The notes under the pieces: model-generated
The model's input: the letters and a program-made list of their open reading frames with translations, nothing else
Told to the model about the DNA's origin: nothing
Databases searched by the model: none
Position numbers and translations under genes: made by a program
Source of the DNA: Podarcis muralis
Taxonomy: Eukaryota
Assembly (NCBI RefSeq): GCF_964188315.1
Contig: NC_135656.1
Span: forward strand, 3,162,001-3,226,000
DNA: 64,000 nt
Direction of reading: 5' to 3'
In this document: positions 12,791 through 25,864 of the stretch, piece after piece
Layout of the letters: each line of letters begins with the position of its first letter
Numbering within the stretch: the first letter of the stretch is position 1

Positions 12791-13114
12791 TGGAAGCTGG
12801 TTTGAGGGAAAGCACATCAAACAGGAGTATTTCTCAAGAAACAACAGGATTGATACGGCTTCAAACACCAGTGGTGTAAGTGCACTAGAGCCAAAGTAAA
12901 TGGTAACTTCTACATGGACCTAACGGCCAGGGGGTCCTTTACATTTACACAGTGTGTGGGTGGCTCCAGACTGCCCCTGTTTTACATGAAGGAGCCAAGT
13001 GCATACTGGAAATTTAGGTTTCTGCATTTAAAGCAAATTAACATTTGCTGTTGCCCTTGCACAACAAATCAACTTTCTTATTTCAAAACAAACAACTTTT
13101 TGCAGTTTTCAATG

Positions 13115-13574
13115 TGATGTAGAAAAAACCTGCTCCTTTTCGCTTATGGGGTATCCAAGAGCCGTATAGAGTCCCTATCAGTCAGAGAAAATAACAGAGG
13201 CCAACCAGAGAATATTGAGAAGCAAAGCAGCCAGTAAGCCTGATCTTTATTAAACTGTTGCAACAGGGTCCCCACTCACCACATGCAGGAAGGAAGAGGA
13301 ACCCAGAACAACGGTATGCAAGCCCTTATATAGGCTTTTGAAATTGCCCGCCCTGTAGCTCAAGACCACTCCCCAAAACATCATACATACATCACAGGAG
13401 GAGGCGGGCTACAGCAGCAATACATCACAGGGGGTGGTCTACAACAGAAATCCTGTCTGGCAGGATACTGATAATGGTCACTTGACTGCTTTACCTGGAC
13501 AGCCTGGCCATTCCTTTTGCGATGCTAAATGCTTAGTTCCTGAATCCAGGTGACAGGCTCCCCCTATTCATACA
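13115..13574 (-). mobile_element. Probable solo LTR
   Basis: Minus strand has a TATA-like cctatataagg (about 13324-13334) followed by AATAAA (about 13244-13249). Possible TG...CA ends with caatg/caaag flanks. The left boundary is uncertain. Confidence 0.5.
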
Positions 13575-14476
13575 CAAAGATGCCCTAAAGACAGGTAAGC
13601 ACAAGTCAAGGGAGAGGCTTTCCCATTTCCTTCCTCCTTGCAGAGAAACATTTGGGAGAGTCAAAATGGATTCAGGATTGCTCTCCTGCACTATTTCAGA
13701 CATGTGGTTTATATACTTATCTATGTGTTTGTCTTGTAAATTTATGAGCATTTAATTTATATGAGACCTTAAATTCTTATAACAATTGCATTTCCCCATT
13801 GGTTTGCAAAGTGCGGGATGAACAAATGACTAATGGGAAGATTTGTAAAGGCCTCACAAGCAAATCAGGGTGAATGCAGAACTAATGTTGATTTTCATAT
13901 AACTGTGCTGCTATAAAGAAAGCAGAACCAGTGAAGACCAGGCAGACTCCAACCACCATGTACACTTTCCATAAGCAAATCAGGATGAATGCTGAATGAA
14001 CAGGTCACCTGGAGCAGGGGGGAACAGGGCAGTAAGGCAAGCCCCACCAGATCAGACCAAAGGAACAGCTCAGTCAGTAGAGTATGAGGCTCTTGATCTC
14101 AGGTCAGGCATTGGGTGAGAGATTCCTGCATTGCAGGGGGTGGACTACATGACCCTCACGGTCCCTTCCAACTCTACAATTCTATGCTTCTAAGTCCAGC
14201 ATCCTGCTGTCACAGGGGCAACCAGATGCCCATGGGAAACCCACCACTGCAACCCCCAGCACCTGGAACTTGTGCATAGTTCCTGCGGTGCAGTTTCCAC
14301 TCCCACCCCACTTACTTCCCCCCTTCCCCTTTCCCCTTAAGAGGCCTGGGAAAGAAGTAAGTGACTGCTGCCCCAAGCCCCTAGGAGCCACTGTCTGCTT
14401 GGGGGGTCCTGGAATCACACAGGGCTAGGAGACCCTGTCTATGCGAGACAGTTGGAAGCTGCCAAAATATCCCCCC

Positions 14477-14505
14477 TTCCTCCTCCTCCTCCTCCTCCTC
14501 CTCCT
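14477..14505. repeat. (TCC)n microsatellite
   Basis: Directly visible. Confidence 0.9.
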
Positions 14506-15042
14506 ATCACAAGGGAACAGCCAGAGGTTAACTCTCCATTCACCCAAATAGCTGTGTTAACCCTTTAGCAGCCAGCAGCATCCCCATCACCAGACTCTGA
14601 GCATTTAGTAAAAGGTTGTGGTTTAAGGATTAACTTTAGAGCTCTGAGGGTAAGAGTCAATTCAAATGTGGATTAAAATCTTCTTCAGCCAGCACCAAAG
14701 ATTAACTGGGAAGGGTAACAAGCAGAAAACATTGGGACTCTTGATCTTCTGAAGTGCCCCCATAGCTAGCCAGCCACACAGAATCGATGCTCTCCTCTCT
14801 CTTTAAGACGGCACTTGAAGGCAGATTTCCCCTTCCACTCCATAACCACAGCCAGCAGAAGGTTTGCCTTAGGCCCAAATGGGCAGGGTGGCAACCAATG
14901 GTCCCTTTAAATGAGAAGCTATTAGTTAGAGGAGAGTGGGAGGCAGAGGAGGGAGGGTGGGTGCAGGGAAAGACTTAATTCTGCCCTCCTCCAGTTTCCC
15001 TTCTCCAAGTCGCCCCCCCCCCCCGCCACTGCACAGTGGGAA

Positions 15043-15158
15043 CATGGGCATAGCCAGGATTTATGTTAGGGGGGGGCAGGCTTAACTAACTCAGTTTAGT
15101 ATTTTTATTTATTTACTTGATCTTAGGGGAGCAGCTGCCCCTTCTGGCTATGCCCATG
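15043..15158. mobile_element. hAT MITE (116 bp)
   Basis: TIR catgggcatagccag / ctggctatgcccatg. TSD agtgggaa/ggtgggaa (7 of 8). Confidence 0.85.
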
Positions 15159-16997
15159 GGTGGGAAGTCATTGGCAGTGCAGTTTGGGGTGGGGCAGAGC
15201 AGACAGTGGAAGGGTTAAGCACTCTTCCACTTCAGCCTCATGCATTGATTCTGCCCCCCTCCACACACACACCCACCCAAGCAGCTTTCAAAGCATAAAA
15301 GGGAGCATCTGGCTGCAGATGAAGAGATAATGGAAGATATCATTTCATTTGCTCTCACAAAGCTTACACTGTGGTTAGACAGTACCCAGTCTTTACTGAG
15401 CATTTGTTCTGATTTGTTTATGAGCCAATTATATGACTATGAGCATACCGTGCATCCTGATTTGCTTATGGGGCATTTATACATCTTCCCATTAATAATC
15501 CATACATTCCAAACTTTTCAATGCATTTTTGTGTCACTTTCCAAGTCTCAAAAAGTCATTCTTTTAAAAAGTCAATTTGTTGCGCTAGAGAGACAGGACA
15601 CTTTAAGCCACTTAAAATGCACAATCCTAAAGTTATGGTTTGTGCTTGAATCCTTCCTGCAAAATAGTGGCATGTATCAGGTCTTCTCAGACAGAAACAG
15701 CTCAACATTTCAAATTAACTGCTAAGTCCTACTGCTGGTCAGATAGCTTGTCAACACTACAGGATGAATAGCTGATGTTTCATCAGTGGGAGCTAATGAC
15801 AGGCGATATTCTCTCTCCAGCTTTTTGAATGTGATGCTCTAGGAAAAGGGAATCTTTTTGGTTCCACAGTGACAAATATTTATCAGGATCTGCCTTAAAG
15901 GTCAAATTTGACAGATGGGTGAGTCCACTCACCTGTTAATCATATGATGTCACAAATGATGCCAGGGGATTTGGTGCTTTGAAGTCCCAAAGCTGGGGAA
16001 GGCTGGCAGGTCAAGACTGAGAGGCTGATGATTTTGCAGGGACTGGTTAGTGGCTTAAATCTGTGAATGTTTGTAACAGTTTTTGACAGTTCCTTACAAG
16101 GCCTCTTGTGGTTGGTGGCGGCTGTGTGTGGTGCTGTGGTTTTTATCCCTGTTTGCCACTGTACTGTCATTTGCTGCTTGTGCACTACAAGCTGAGTTTA
16201 TGGCCAATCCAACTTCATTCTGGATGTGGGAACCTGCACATAGCTACTGGGGGTGGTGTGTAGCCTTTGTAACAATACATTACACTGATGATGATGTTAT
16301 AAGACTTTCTATTCTCAATGCCCAAGACTGGAGAGTAGAAAGTGGGGGAGCTGTCTATATATTTGTGCTCCCATGTTTTAGTGCAAAACCAGCATGACAT
16401 CACTACATCTTATTTTTTAAAGAAGCAGACTCCAGCTATAAGGAAGGGTGCAACCCCAGACACCACCTACTACTAATGATCTACTACTAATGATCACCCC
16501 CACTCCCTGGACCAATAATGCATTGCTACTCCAAAGCTATTGTGTTCATCATTACAGAAATGGCTACAAAGCTGGATGGCAAAGCTGCAGCAGTCTGGTA
16601 GTATTGTCATCTGGATAATAACTGAGTTGGAGAAATGACAGGCTTTCCAGAGAAGACAGCTAGCACGGAAAAAGCGTTCTTTTCCAGCGTCATTTATTCC
16701 CAGTGCAGTTTGGTACCTGGCCAGAAGGTGGCGCGCTCTGATTTCCACAAAGGCATTCATGATCCCTCACAGCAGCTGTGAGAGGATTCCCTGCCTACCC
16801 CTTTGGCCACGTTCAACACTAGAAGTTAATTGAGATGAATAGACTCAATATACACTGATATTTGAGAGGGGAGTTTGTGAAGAAGGGGCAGTATTCTTTC
16901 TGTTATAAGCAAATGAAGAGAGTACAGTACTGTACGCTTCACCTAGGAGAATGTAGCAAAAACATGGAATTTACTGTATTACCATCATGGTATAAAC

Positions 16998-18049
16998 CAG
17001 TGATGGCGAATCATTTAGAAACCGAGTGCCCAAACTGCAACCCAAAACCCACTTATTTGTTGCGAAGTGCCAACACAGCAATTTAACCTGTATATCTCAT
17101 TTTTTGTGTGTGTTTCACGTTTCTTCTTTAGGACTGCTGTTGTAATAAATAACCCTTCATAAAAGCTATTGCATTACATTCTTCATTAAATTATCTTTCC
17201 ATTGATATATAATTTTATGGTATAACTCAGTGCTTTTTTTCCTAAAAAAATGTTTAGGGGTACTCTCATTTTGACTCAAGAAAATCAACACCGGGGTAAA
17301 ATAAATACAGTTCAAATTGGGAAAAATAAATGTAGTGAATTTCTTCTCCCGTTAAATTCACAAAATATTTAGGGGTATGCGTCCCCCTGTGTCCCCACAG
17401 TAAAAAAGCACTGGTATTACTCCCAAACAAAGTGGTGTTATGGGCCATCAAATCTCAGAAATACATTTTTTTCCAGAAGGTCCCATAATTTTGGCCACTA
17501 GTGTACACTGGAGGGCTGTACTAAGAGCCACCCTCTTCCAATTTTTAATATGAGATAGTAATGATTGTCTGCATGTGCACATACAAATAAATATAAATAA
17601 ATAAACCCAGCCAGATGGACGGGGTATTATTATTATTATTATTATTATTTTATGTTTCTTTATGTTTCTTTGATCGCAGCCTCCACGGAACAAATTTCTC
17701 TGTTGGCTTCCACAGGAAGCCCAGCAAACATTCAAACCCAGCAGCCCAATTTTAGGTTGCCATCTTTATATGCTTACTGACATGGGGGTTAAGCCCTGCT
17801 GAACTCAAGGCGGCTTACTCCAGAGTAGGAAAAACAGACTGGCGGGAGGCCCTGGCACATCAAAAGTCATGCCTGCTCAGCCCCTCGCTCACCTGCCAGG
17901 CCCTGGTGTCGCAGGCTTTGGACGGCGCACGAGACCCCTCCTCTCCTCCCCCTCCTCCCCCACTCCCTGCTGGGGCGATGGCGCACGTGCCCACAGAGAG
18001 GACTCTGAGTGCCCTCTCTGGCACACGTGCCATAGGTTCGCCACCACTG
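16998..18049. mobile_element. hAT non-autonomous element containing nested insertions
   Basis: Termini cagtgatggcgaa / ttcgccaccactg. TSD gtataaac/gtatggac (6 of 8). Confidence 0.6.
17228..17413. mobile_element. hAT MITE nested in 16998-18049
   Basis: TIR cagtgctttttt / aaaaaagcactg. TSD gtataact/gtattact (7 of 8). Confidence 0.85.
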
Positions 18050-21000
18050 GTATGGACACATGATTTGGGCTTTTTCATGCATCATGGAATTGTAGAGTAT
18101 CCACACCAGAAATTGGCGCTGGGAACAAAATTCAGCATCTTGGGAATCTAGTTTGATTTTAAATGAAAAAAGTTTCTGGTCCTTATTGAATTTGTCATAA
18201 ATTTGTAGTGAAACCTGAAGGCAGAGCAGTAGCAGGAGATGATTATTAACATTTTCAGTGGTCAAGGTAAGGCTCAAGGGCCATGTGTAGCTCATTGCAC
18301 CTCTGCATGACTAATTATTCAAAGCAAACAAGTGCCTGCAAATGTGCTTATGCCACAAAATTCTGCAGGCTTCAGTAATTGTCTTTCCTTGACACACAAT
18401 TTCAATTTCTTTTTGAAGACCTTGTTAAACATAGGGGAATTTTTTAATCCAGTTCATAACCCACACTATGTGTGAGAGAAGTCCTGTAACTATGTTAAAC
18501 AAACCCTCCCTTGCTCCTATTTCTTTATCAGCAGAAGGTAGTTTAAAACCCACCCACCCACCCCACTATATTTATATAATAACTAATCCCCTCCAAGTGA
18601 TTTGAAAGCAGATTAGAAAGCCAACATCACACCGCTAAAATGAGCCGGATTTTGTTTCTAAACAAGAGAAACAGCAGCATAACATCTTTGTTTACCTTTG
18701 TGCTATGAAAAGCCTCCTTGTCTAATGTCTGCAGATCAGGATGCTGTTAGAGGCACCAGAGCAGGCGGGGCTTGTTCTTTCTATCAGGTGGCAATACTAC
18801 AGGTAAAGGAAGAAGGGAGGAAAAACTCAGCACTCCAGTCTATCTGGGAGCCCCAATGTGAATGGATACTCCCAGTGGTTAGTGACTGATGTTGAAAAGA
18901 AAGCACTCTGCACCCACTCCTAAGAAGAGCTCTGCTGGATCCGGCCAGTGGCCCATCTAGTCCAGCATCCAGTCCGGTTCTCACAGCGGCCAAGCAGGTG
19001 CCCCAGTGGGAAACCCACAAGCAGCAGCTGAGCGCAAGAGCCCTCTCCCCCCTCAGAAACACTTCCGTCCATTCATATTGAGCCATGATGCTGAAACCGG
19101 AAGCAGTCCCTGGAACCATTCCCTGGTCCAAATGAAGCCCTGGTGTCCCTTTAAAAGCAAAAATATATATAGTGCTATAAGAACGCAGTATATGAGCATA
19201 GAAAATCCACAAGATGAGCAAGGCCAGAGGCAGCTTTCTCTTGAGCCTTGCAGTTGGGAACAGTTGTTGACAAGAGCTGTGACTTAGCCTTCTCCTTCCT
19301 GACAGGGCTCAGGCCTTCAGCTTCCTGGATCAGCTGGTTCTGGACTAAGGATTCAGGAAAGGGGGGGAGGACTCTGCCAAGGGCCGGAGCCCAGGGGAGG
19401 AAAGGGTGTGGGTCTCCCGAGTGCTATCAGCACTTCCTGTGCCTGAGGACAAGAGGCCAGGCTGAGGATTGGAAGGCCACTTGGGAGTCATAGTAAGCTC
19501 TAGGCATGTTGCACTGGCAGTGCAGTACTGAAGGGTCCACATCTGTCAAGGCAGCAGAGAATTCAATGCAGGTAGATAGGAGATGGGTGGGAAAGGACTT
19601 GTTCATTCACAAATACAAATGGAGCAGACAGGAGAGAGAGAGAGACATGTTAAACACCAAATATGTGTACACACCAAATATTAAAAGTGCATTCAAAGCA
19701 CCTACATACCCACACCAAGAATCCTGGAAGTTGTAGATCGCCCCTCATAGTGCTACAGTTCCCATCATCCTTAATAAACTTCAGTTCCCAGGATTCTTTG
19801 GAGGGGGGGGGGTGTTTTAGAAGTTAGCTAAATCCAGGATCTGATTAAAAGCTGCTGAGGCTGTGCACCAGTGATTATTTGGGGGAGACCTTACTGTATG
19901 CTGTAAGGTCCAGTTTTGTGGAATTTTAATGGGCCCAACCAGGACTTCTGCAACTTTAAAAAAACACACCAAGAGCATTGCTCAAGGCTGGCTGGCAGGC
20001 TACAGAATACCACAGGGAGGCTGCTTTTAAGTTGCCCTGGGAGGCTCCACTTCAGCACGAGGGAAGCTGTTCAGTGTGCAATTACTCATTGTGCAGCAGG
20101 AGAAATTTTCCTTATGTCAGCACCAAAGTCCCCAAACATAGACTATGGCAACCCTGGTGGGGTCCATTAAAATACTCCATGGATGTTCCACACTTCTCTG
20201 GATGCTGTTGGATTTTTTGTTTTTTTAAATGGTACCTAGAAAGCTGTATTATACTGTGTCTGGCCATTGGTCCATCCAGCCCAGTAATGTCTACATGGAC
20301 CGGCAGAAGCTCTCCCAGATTTCCACCAGGGTTTCTCTCCCAGCCCAAACTAGAGAGGCCTAGGATTGAACCTAAGGCCTTCTGCATGGAAAGTGGATGC
20401 TATTCTATATGCAATTGCTTGTGCCCTACTTGTTTTTATTTGGCTACTGTTATTTGAGAGGAATTTGTGATTGTAGGTAATGTAAAATGAGAAGCATGAC
20501 CATTTGTTCTCAACAGCTGAATTTGTGACCTTTGGCTTTGCATATGGGAGACCTGGGTTCAAACAGCTGCTTAGCCCTGAGAACTCATTGGGCAGCCTTG
20601 GACCAATAACAATAAAAATTAAGCATTTCCACAACTAAATCTTAACCCCAACAAAAACCTCTACACCCAGCAACCTCTAAGCATTCTGGTTAGCTGGTCT
20701 TGCAGGACTCACAGCAAAGCTGATCTCTGGACGCTTAAGCTCTAGCAACAGCTAGTCAGTGAGGTCCCCACTAGTCAGGGAACGAGTCTTGCAGGACTTA
20801 CAGCAAAGATGGTCTCTCTGTGTAGACCGTATTGTGTTAGATACACCAAGCTGGTCTGATTCAATAAAAGGCGGCTTCTTATGTTCCCCATCTGAAGCCT
20901 GAACCTGTCACCATTCAGACATGTGTGCATGCTGCCTATCACCTTTTCATTCCGCTTCATGCCTATAGGGTCACCAGAGCCTTGGGGAGGGGAGGCGGTA

Positions 21001-22792
21001 GAGAGTATATGGGCTCTTCTCTTACCTTTGAGAGCTCCTTGATTCCCAATAATTAATAAGGTTGGCCTCATTGGCAGAGTGAAAGTTTTAATGCAGAGTG
21101 GGGGAACCTCTGGCCCTCAGATATTGCTGAACTGCATCTCCCATCCACCCAAGCCAGTATGTGTCCTAGGTAAGGCCGATGGGAGTTGTAGTCCAACAAC
21201 ATCTAGCCGGCCAAGGGCTCAGCACTCCTGTTTCAAAGCATGAAGAACAGTATTATCACTTCCTAATTGCTATAGCTCATGCAGCTGGTAAAAGTGCCAG
21301 ACATGACATGGTCCAATTCAAAAGCAGGCAATTTTTCTTGTAGCAAGGGGTTGGTATGCCCTCTGTACTGAAAACTGAACCTTTTGCACTAATGTTATCC
21401 AAACTGCCCAGAAAACCAAATCGTTCAACCTGTATAGATTTGACAGACTAGCATCTATTTGATAGATCTATTTTGGACAACTTCTTCAGTTTTTGCTCAT
21501 CGGGGATCACTGAAGCTTTGCCTCTGACCAACAGAAATTTATCTCTCTTCCCCAGCTCCCTAGCTTCTGAAATTTCAGTGGGTGTTGCTTATATACTTTT
21601 GAAGTCCCCCCCTTTTTGCAGCTGTAAGGGCCACAATCTTACTTTTATTTTTTAAAAGTGAATGGGTGTGGGACAGAGGGAGATTCTGCGGATGCTGAAT
21701 GGAGTGTACAGCCCCTGTACTTGAGTGTTGGGGGCATATGGAGGAAGCATTGCATAGAAAACACTGGTGTATAGAATCATAAAATTATAGAATCATAGGA
21801 CTGTAGAGTTGGGAGGGACTACAAAGGTCATCTGGTCCAGCAGTGAGTTTGGAAAGTCCTTGTTTGCTGGAGAACAAGTCTGTTCCTAAGTAAGTCCTGC
21901 TATGGTCAACAGAGTTGACTCCCAGGTCACAGCAGATTTTAGCCAAAATCTAGGATGTCCAGCAGCCCATGAATTGCCTCTAATATACCAGAGTTTATTC
22001 TGCCACCAATCTGAAAGTGTTTTGGGTCCACTCTGCTTCAGAAGCTAGCAGGTCTGTCCTAAATTATAACCATGGAGGCAATCTCCCCAACCTGGCCCCC
22101 ACCTGGGTTAAATTGACCGGGAGCTTAGATCCTACCAAAGCCACTTAAAAAATAATGATCAGGGTTCCGCCTTGAAATGAGCAAGCAAAGTAATAAAAAT
22201 GCAGAGTGCTTTGCAGAATGTATGAAGCGCCTTTTCCTTCTACACTGAACAAGCCCAGTCAGACCCACCCATCCGGGATAAAGCAGTTAGAGAAGAGTGA
22301 TTTCCAGACATGGTCAGCCCCCCTCCACCCCCAGACCCTTCTGCTTGGTTAACGGAATCGGCATGGTTCATCTGTGCGTTATATGGGCCGCTGCTACACT
22401 GACTGACCCAGGGCTATCAACTCTCCCTGCTTTCTGCAGCAGCTGTTGACTCGCAGAGCTGGTTTCCCACTCTTTCTTCCTCTCTCCCCTCCCTTTCTAC
22501 GAGATTTCATACTTTCAGCAGGAAACGCAGTTTGGGGGTGGTCATCATTCCCTGCATTAGGAGGGTAGGGAAAAGGGGCTGGGAAAAATCTCAGAGAGGG
22601 AGGGAGGGAGAAAGGAAGGAAGGGAGGGAAGGGAGAAAAGGGAGGGTGTGTTTCTGCTCAGGCTCAAGAGACACTCAGGTTTCTTTACTGCAAGGAAGTT
22701 TGCAGCTCCCTTCTCTCTCAGTAAGAATCGGGCAGAGGGGTTTTAGATGGAGGCCAGCTCAGGGGCTGCCACCAGTTTTGCAGCGCATTGAG

Positions 22793-22831
22793 ATGCCAGC
22801 CCCAAATCAGACACCATCAGAATCCATGAAG
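22793..22831 (+). CDS. TNS2: Probable alternative upstream first coding exon of tensin-2 (isoform 1a): MPAPNQTPSESMK; true start could be the ATG at 22826
   Basis: Strong donor ATGAAG|GTAAGC at 22832, phase 0, in frame with exon 2. Parallels the recalled human long isoform junction ...RRAMK|PRKAEPH. The 5' boundary is unknown. Confidence 0.55.
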
Positions 22832-23930
22832 GTAAGCTGGGAACTTTTCCCTTAATGCTTGTGACACCGGGTTAGGGGGAGCAGCTTCTTGCAAATGGGC
22901 TCCAATGGCTGGAAAGACAATTTTCTCCCAGTTTTTTAAGGCTGTGGCGGAGACACGGGATTGCTACGAGAGTGGGGGCCTGGATGGACCAAATAGGCTT
23001 GAAAGGCAGCCACAGAAAAGGGGAAGATGTGCAGACGGGAGCTTTGATGGGATGCTGGCCTTTTGGAAGGGGTTGCTTCCGACTTCATTAGACAGCTTGG
23101 AGATGTGGCTTTTGAAGGATGGTTTGTAATAGTTTAAAAACAAAAGATGCTTTAGCTACCATATATGGGTCTGCAGGGGGCTAGCAGCTCATTTCACTTT
23201 ACAAAGAAGTCCATGCAGAAGCCAGTGCTTTAAATGTGGGTATGTAAAAGCAGCCCAGCTGGATCAAACCACGAATCTGCTTAATCCAGAATCCTGTTTC
23301 TAACAGTGGCCAGCCAGGAAGCCCGTGAGCAGGCCAGGAAGGCAACAGTCTCTCCCCCACCCCCACCCCCATGTTGTTTTTGCCCCCAATGTCTGATGTT
23401 CAGAACATGGAAGTTTCACTTACTAGCTGTCCATGGCTAACAACCTGGGATGCACCTATGAATAAAATGGGAGGTGGTGGAGCTCAGCCTTGGCAGGGAA
23501 GGCAGCCCTCTGAGCTTTTCTGTCTAGCCCTCTGGGCCACAGGCTCTTTCCCTGGGCTCCTCTCCCAGGCAGCTCCCCTCCCCAAGCCTATTCTGCACCC
23601 TTAGGGAGTGCTTTTTGACTGGGAAGCGTCCACAAACTCTGCTTGCCTGGATGGAGAGGGGTGTGTACTCAGAAACCTCTGACTTTTATGTGGCTGGAAG
23701 GTGTTATGTACTGAAGTTCTCACCCTGGGCCAGCAGGGGGGTACTGTAGATAGTTATGCAAATAAGGGATCGAAAGTGACGTTCAGTGATTGGATAGTTT
23801 TAGAAAGTTGTTACAGTAACGTTGTACTGGAGCTCTATATAAGCAGGCTTACTGAACCCTTCAGTTCAGTTCTGTCGCTGAAGAATCGCTGTGTCGTCTG
23901 ATATGTTCACCCACAACTTAACAGAAAGTA

Positions 23931-24139
23931 CAGTGGTACTTCTGGTTAATACTTAATTCGTTCTGGAGGTCCGTTCTTAACCTGAAACACCACTTAGCTA
24001 ATGGGGCCTCCCGCCGGAGCACGATTTCTGTTCTCATCCTGAAGCAAAGTTCTTAACCCGAGGTGCTATTTCTGGATTAGCGGAGTCTGTTACCTGAAGC
24101 GTCTGTAACCTGAAGTGTTTGTAACCTGAGGTACCACTG
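23931..24139 (-). mobile_element. Tigger/pogo-like MITE, young subfamily
   Basis: TA|cagtggtact ... gaggtaccactg|TA. The strand is relative to the 24661 copy. Confidence 0.88.
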
Positions 24140-24660
24140 TAGTCACATCCATTGCTTGGCCCACTTTCTCCTCTGGCCCCTCCCACCACAGGCATGTACT
24201 TCCCTAAGCCAAGGTTGCCCATGTGGAAGTGTGGCTGATAAAGGTTGTGCTGATAAAGGTTCCCCACCCCCTTTAAAAAACTGTAAGATGATAAAGGGGC
24301 ACAAAGTGTGAAATAATTTGTGACCATGAGTATTTGGCAAATGAACAAATGACTAAGCTGGGCTATGTTTGTGTGTCTCCCCATGATAGGGGATTTTGCA
24401 GTTTCCAAAATATTGTACCAGATTAGCTGCCACCAAGGGAGGATCCAACATCCAGTGCAATTTTGACACTTTAAGAGGGCTGCCAACTGAACATGGCCTT
24501 GGGTAGGGCGCCAGTTATGCACATGCTATACATTTAAAGCACATGCCCCCCCACAAAGGATCATGGGAACTGTACCAGTCACAAACTACAATTCCTGGAT
24601 TCTTGGCAGGGAGGAAAATAGAGCAGCTCCCTATATCAGCCATGTATTCTTGATCCTGTA

Positions 24661-24891
24661 CAGTGGTACCTCAGGTTACAAACACCTCGAGTTACAAACA
24701 CCTCCGGTTACAGACTCCACTAACCCAGAAGTAGTACCTCGGGTTAAGAACTTTGCCCCCGGATGAGAACAGAAATTGTGCAGCGGCAGTGGGAGGCCCC
24801 ATTCACTAAAGTGGTACCTCAGGTTAATAATGGTTTCAGGTTAAGAACGGACCTCCGGAATGAATTAAGTTCTTAACCCGAGGTACCACTG
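24661..24891 (+). mobile_element. Tigger/pogo-like MITE, young subfamily
   Basis: TA|cagtggtacctc ... gaggtaccactg|TA. Confidence 0.88.
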
Positions 24892-25864
24892 TATATGGCC
24901 AGAATTGAGAGGGGTTGCTTGAAACTTCAGTCTTTGCTCAATACTGATCTGAACCATCCAGGAGACGGCATTGCTTAAGACGCCAACAAGAATGTGTGTC
25001 TTGCATCACAACAAATTAATCCTACTGATCAAATAACGGTGCACATTTATTGAGTTGTTGCCTCCTGCTTCATTAGGAAAGACAGTTTACAAAGTCCTGA
25101 GCCGCAGCCACCAATCTTGGCTTCTATGATTGGAAGGGAACAGCTTTCACTCTTCAGTCCCCCTATGAAGCCCTATCATTTCCTTCTTGCCTCAGCAGAT
25201 ATGCTGAAACCCAAGCTGGTCTAGTTTCACTTTTGGTTAAAACGATATTATTTTTTAAATGATATGACTATTTAGCAGCCCTGTTTGCGTAAGAGTGGCA
25301 CCGTGTTGCTGTTTTTGTATCTCTCTACCAAGAATTTTTTAAAAGGTGGTTCCCAAGATTCTCTGGCACTCCAACATGACCAAGAAACAAAACTCATACG
25401 GGTGACGGATCCACATCATGCGTTTGAAGCACATCCCCCAAAGAATTCTGGGGACTGTAGGGTGCTGGGAATTGTAGTTGTGAAAGGGGGAAACTATAGT
25501 CCCAAACTTTTGGGGGAGAAATTGTGTGCTTAAGCATTTGTTGTGAATTAGCCTCTACTAGGCTTGATCCTCACATAGTTGTAGTTTTGTCCCCTGCTTT
25601 GTTATGAATGAATTGGTTCCTCTGTTATCACAATATCCTGTCTGCAGAAGCTAGGCCACTCCAGGCTGGAGGGAGTGGATGGACTTGCAATGCATTGCCC
25701 CAAGTACACACCATCACTTTCTGACATATAAATGATTGGCTGCCATGCTCTCTTTGATGTGCTTGCGCGACAGTATCACCATGAGAGCAAACCCTGCCAT
25801 CCATCCCTGACAGTGGGAAGCCTGGATCTCATGGCACGGGACCCTCCCAAGGGGTGCTGTTCAA

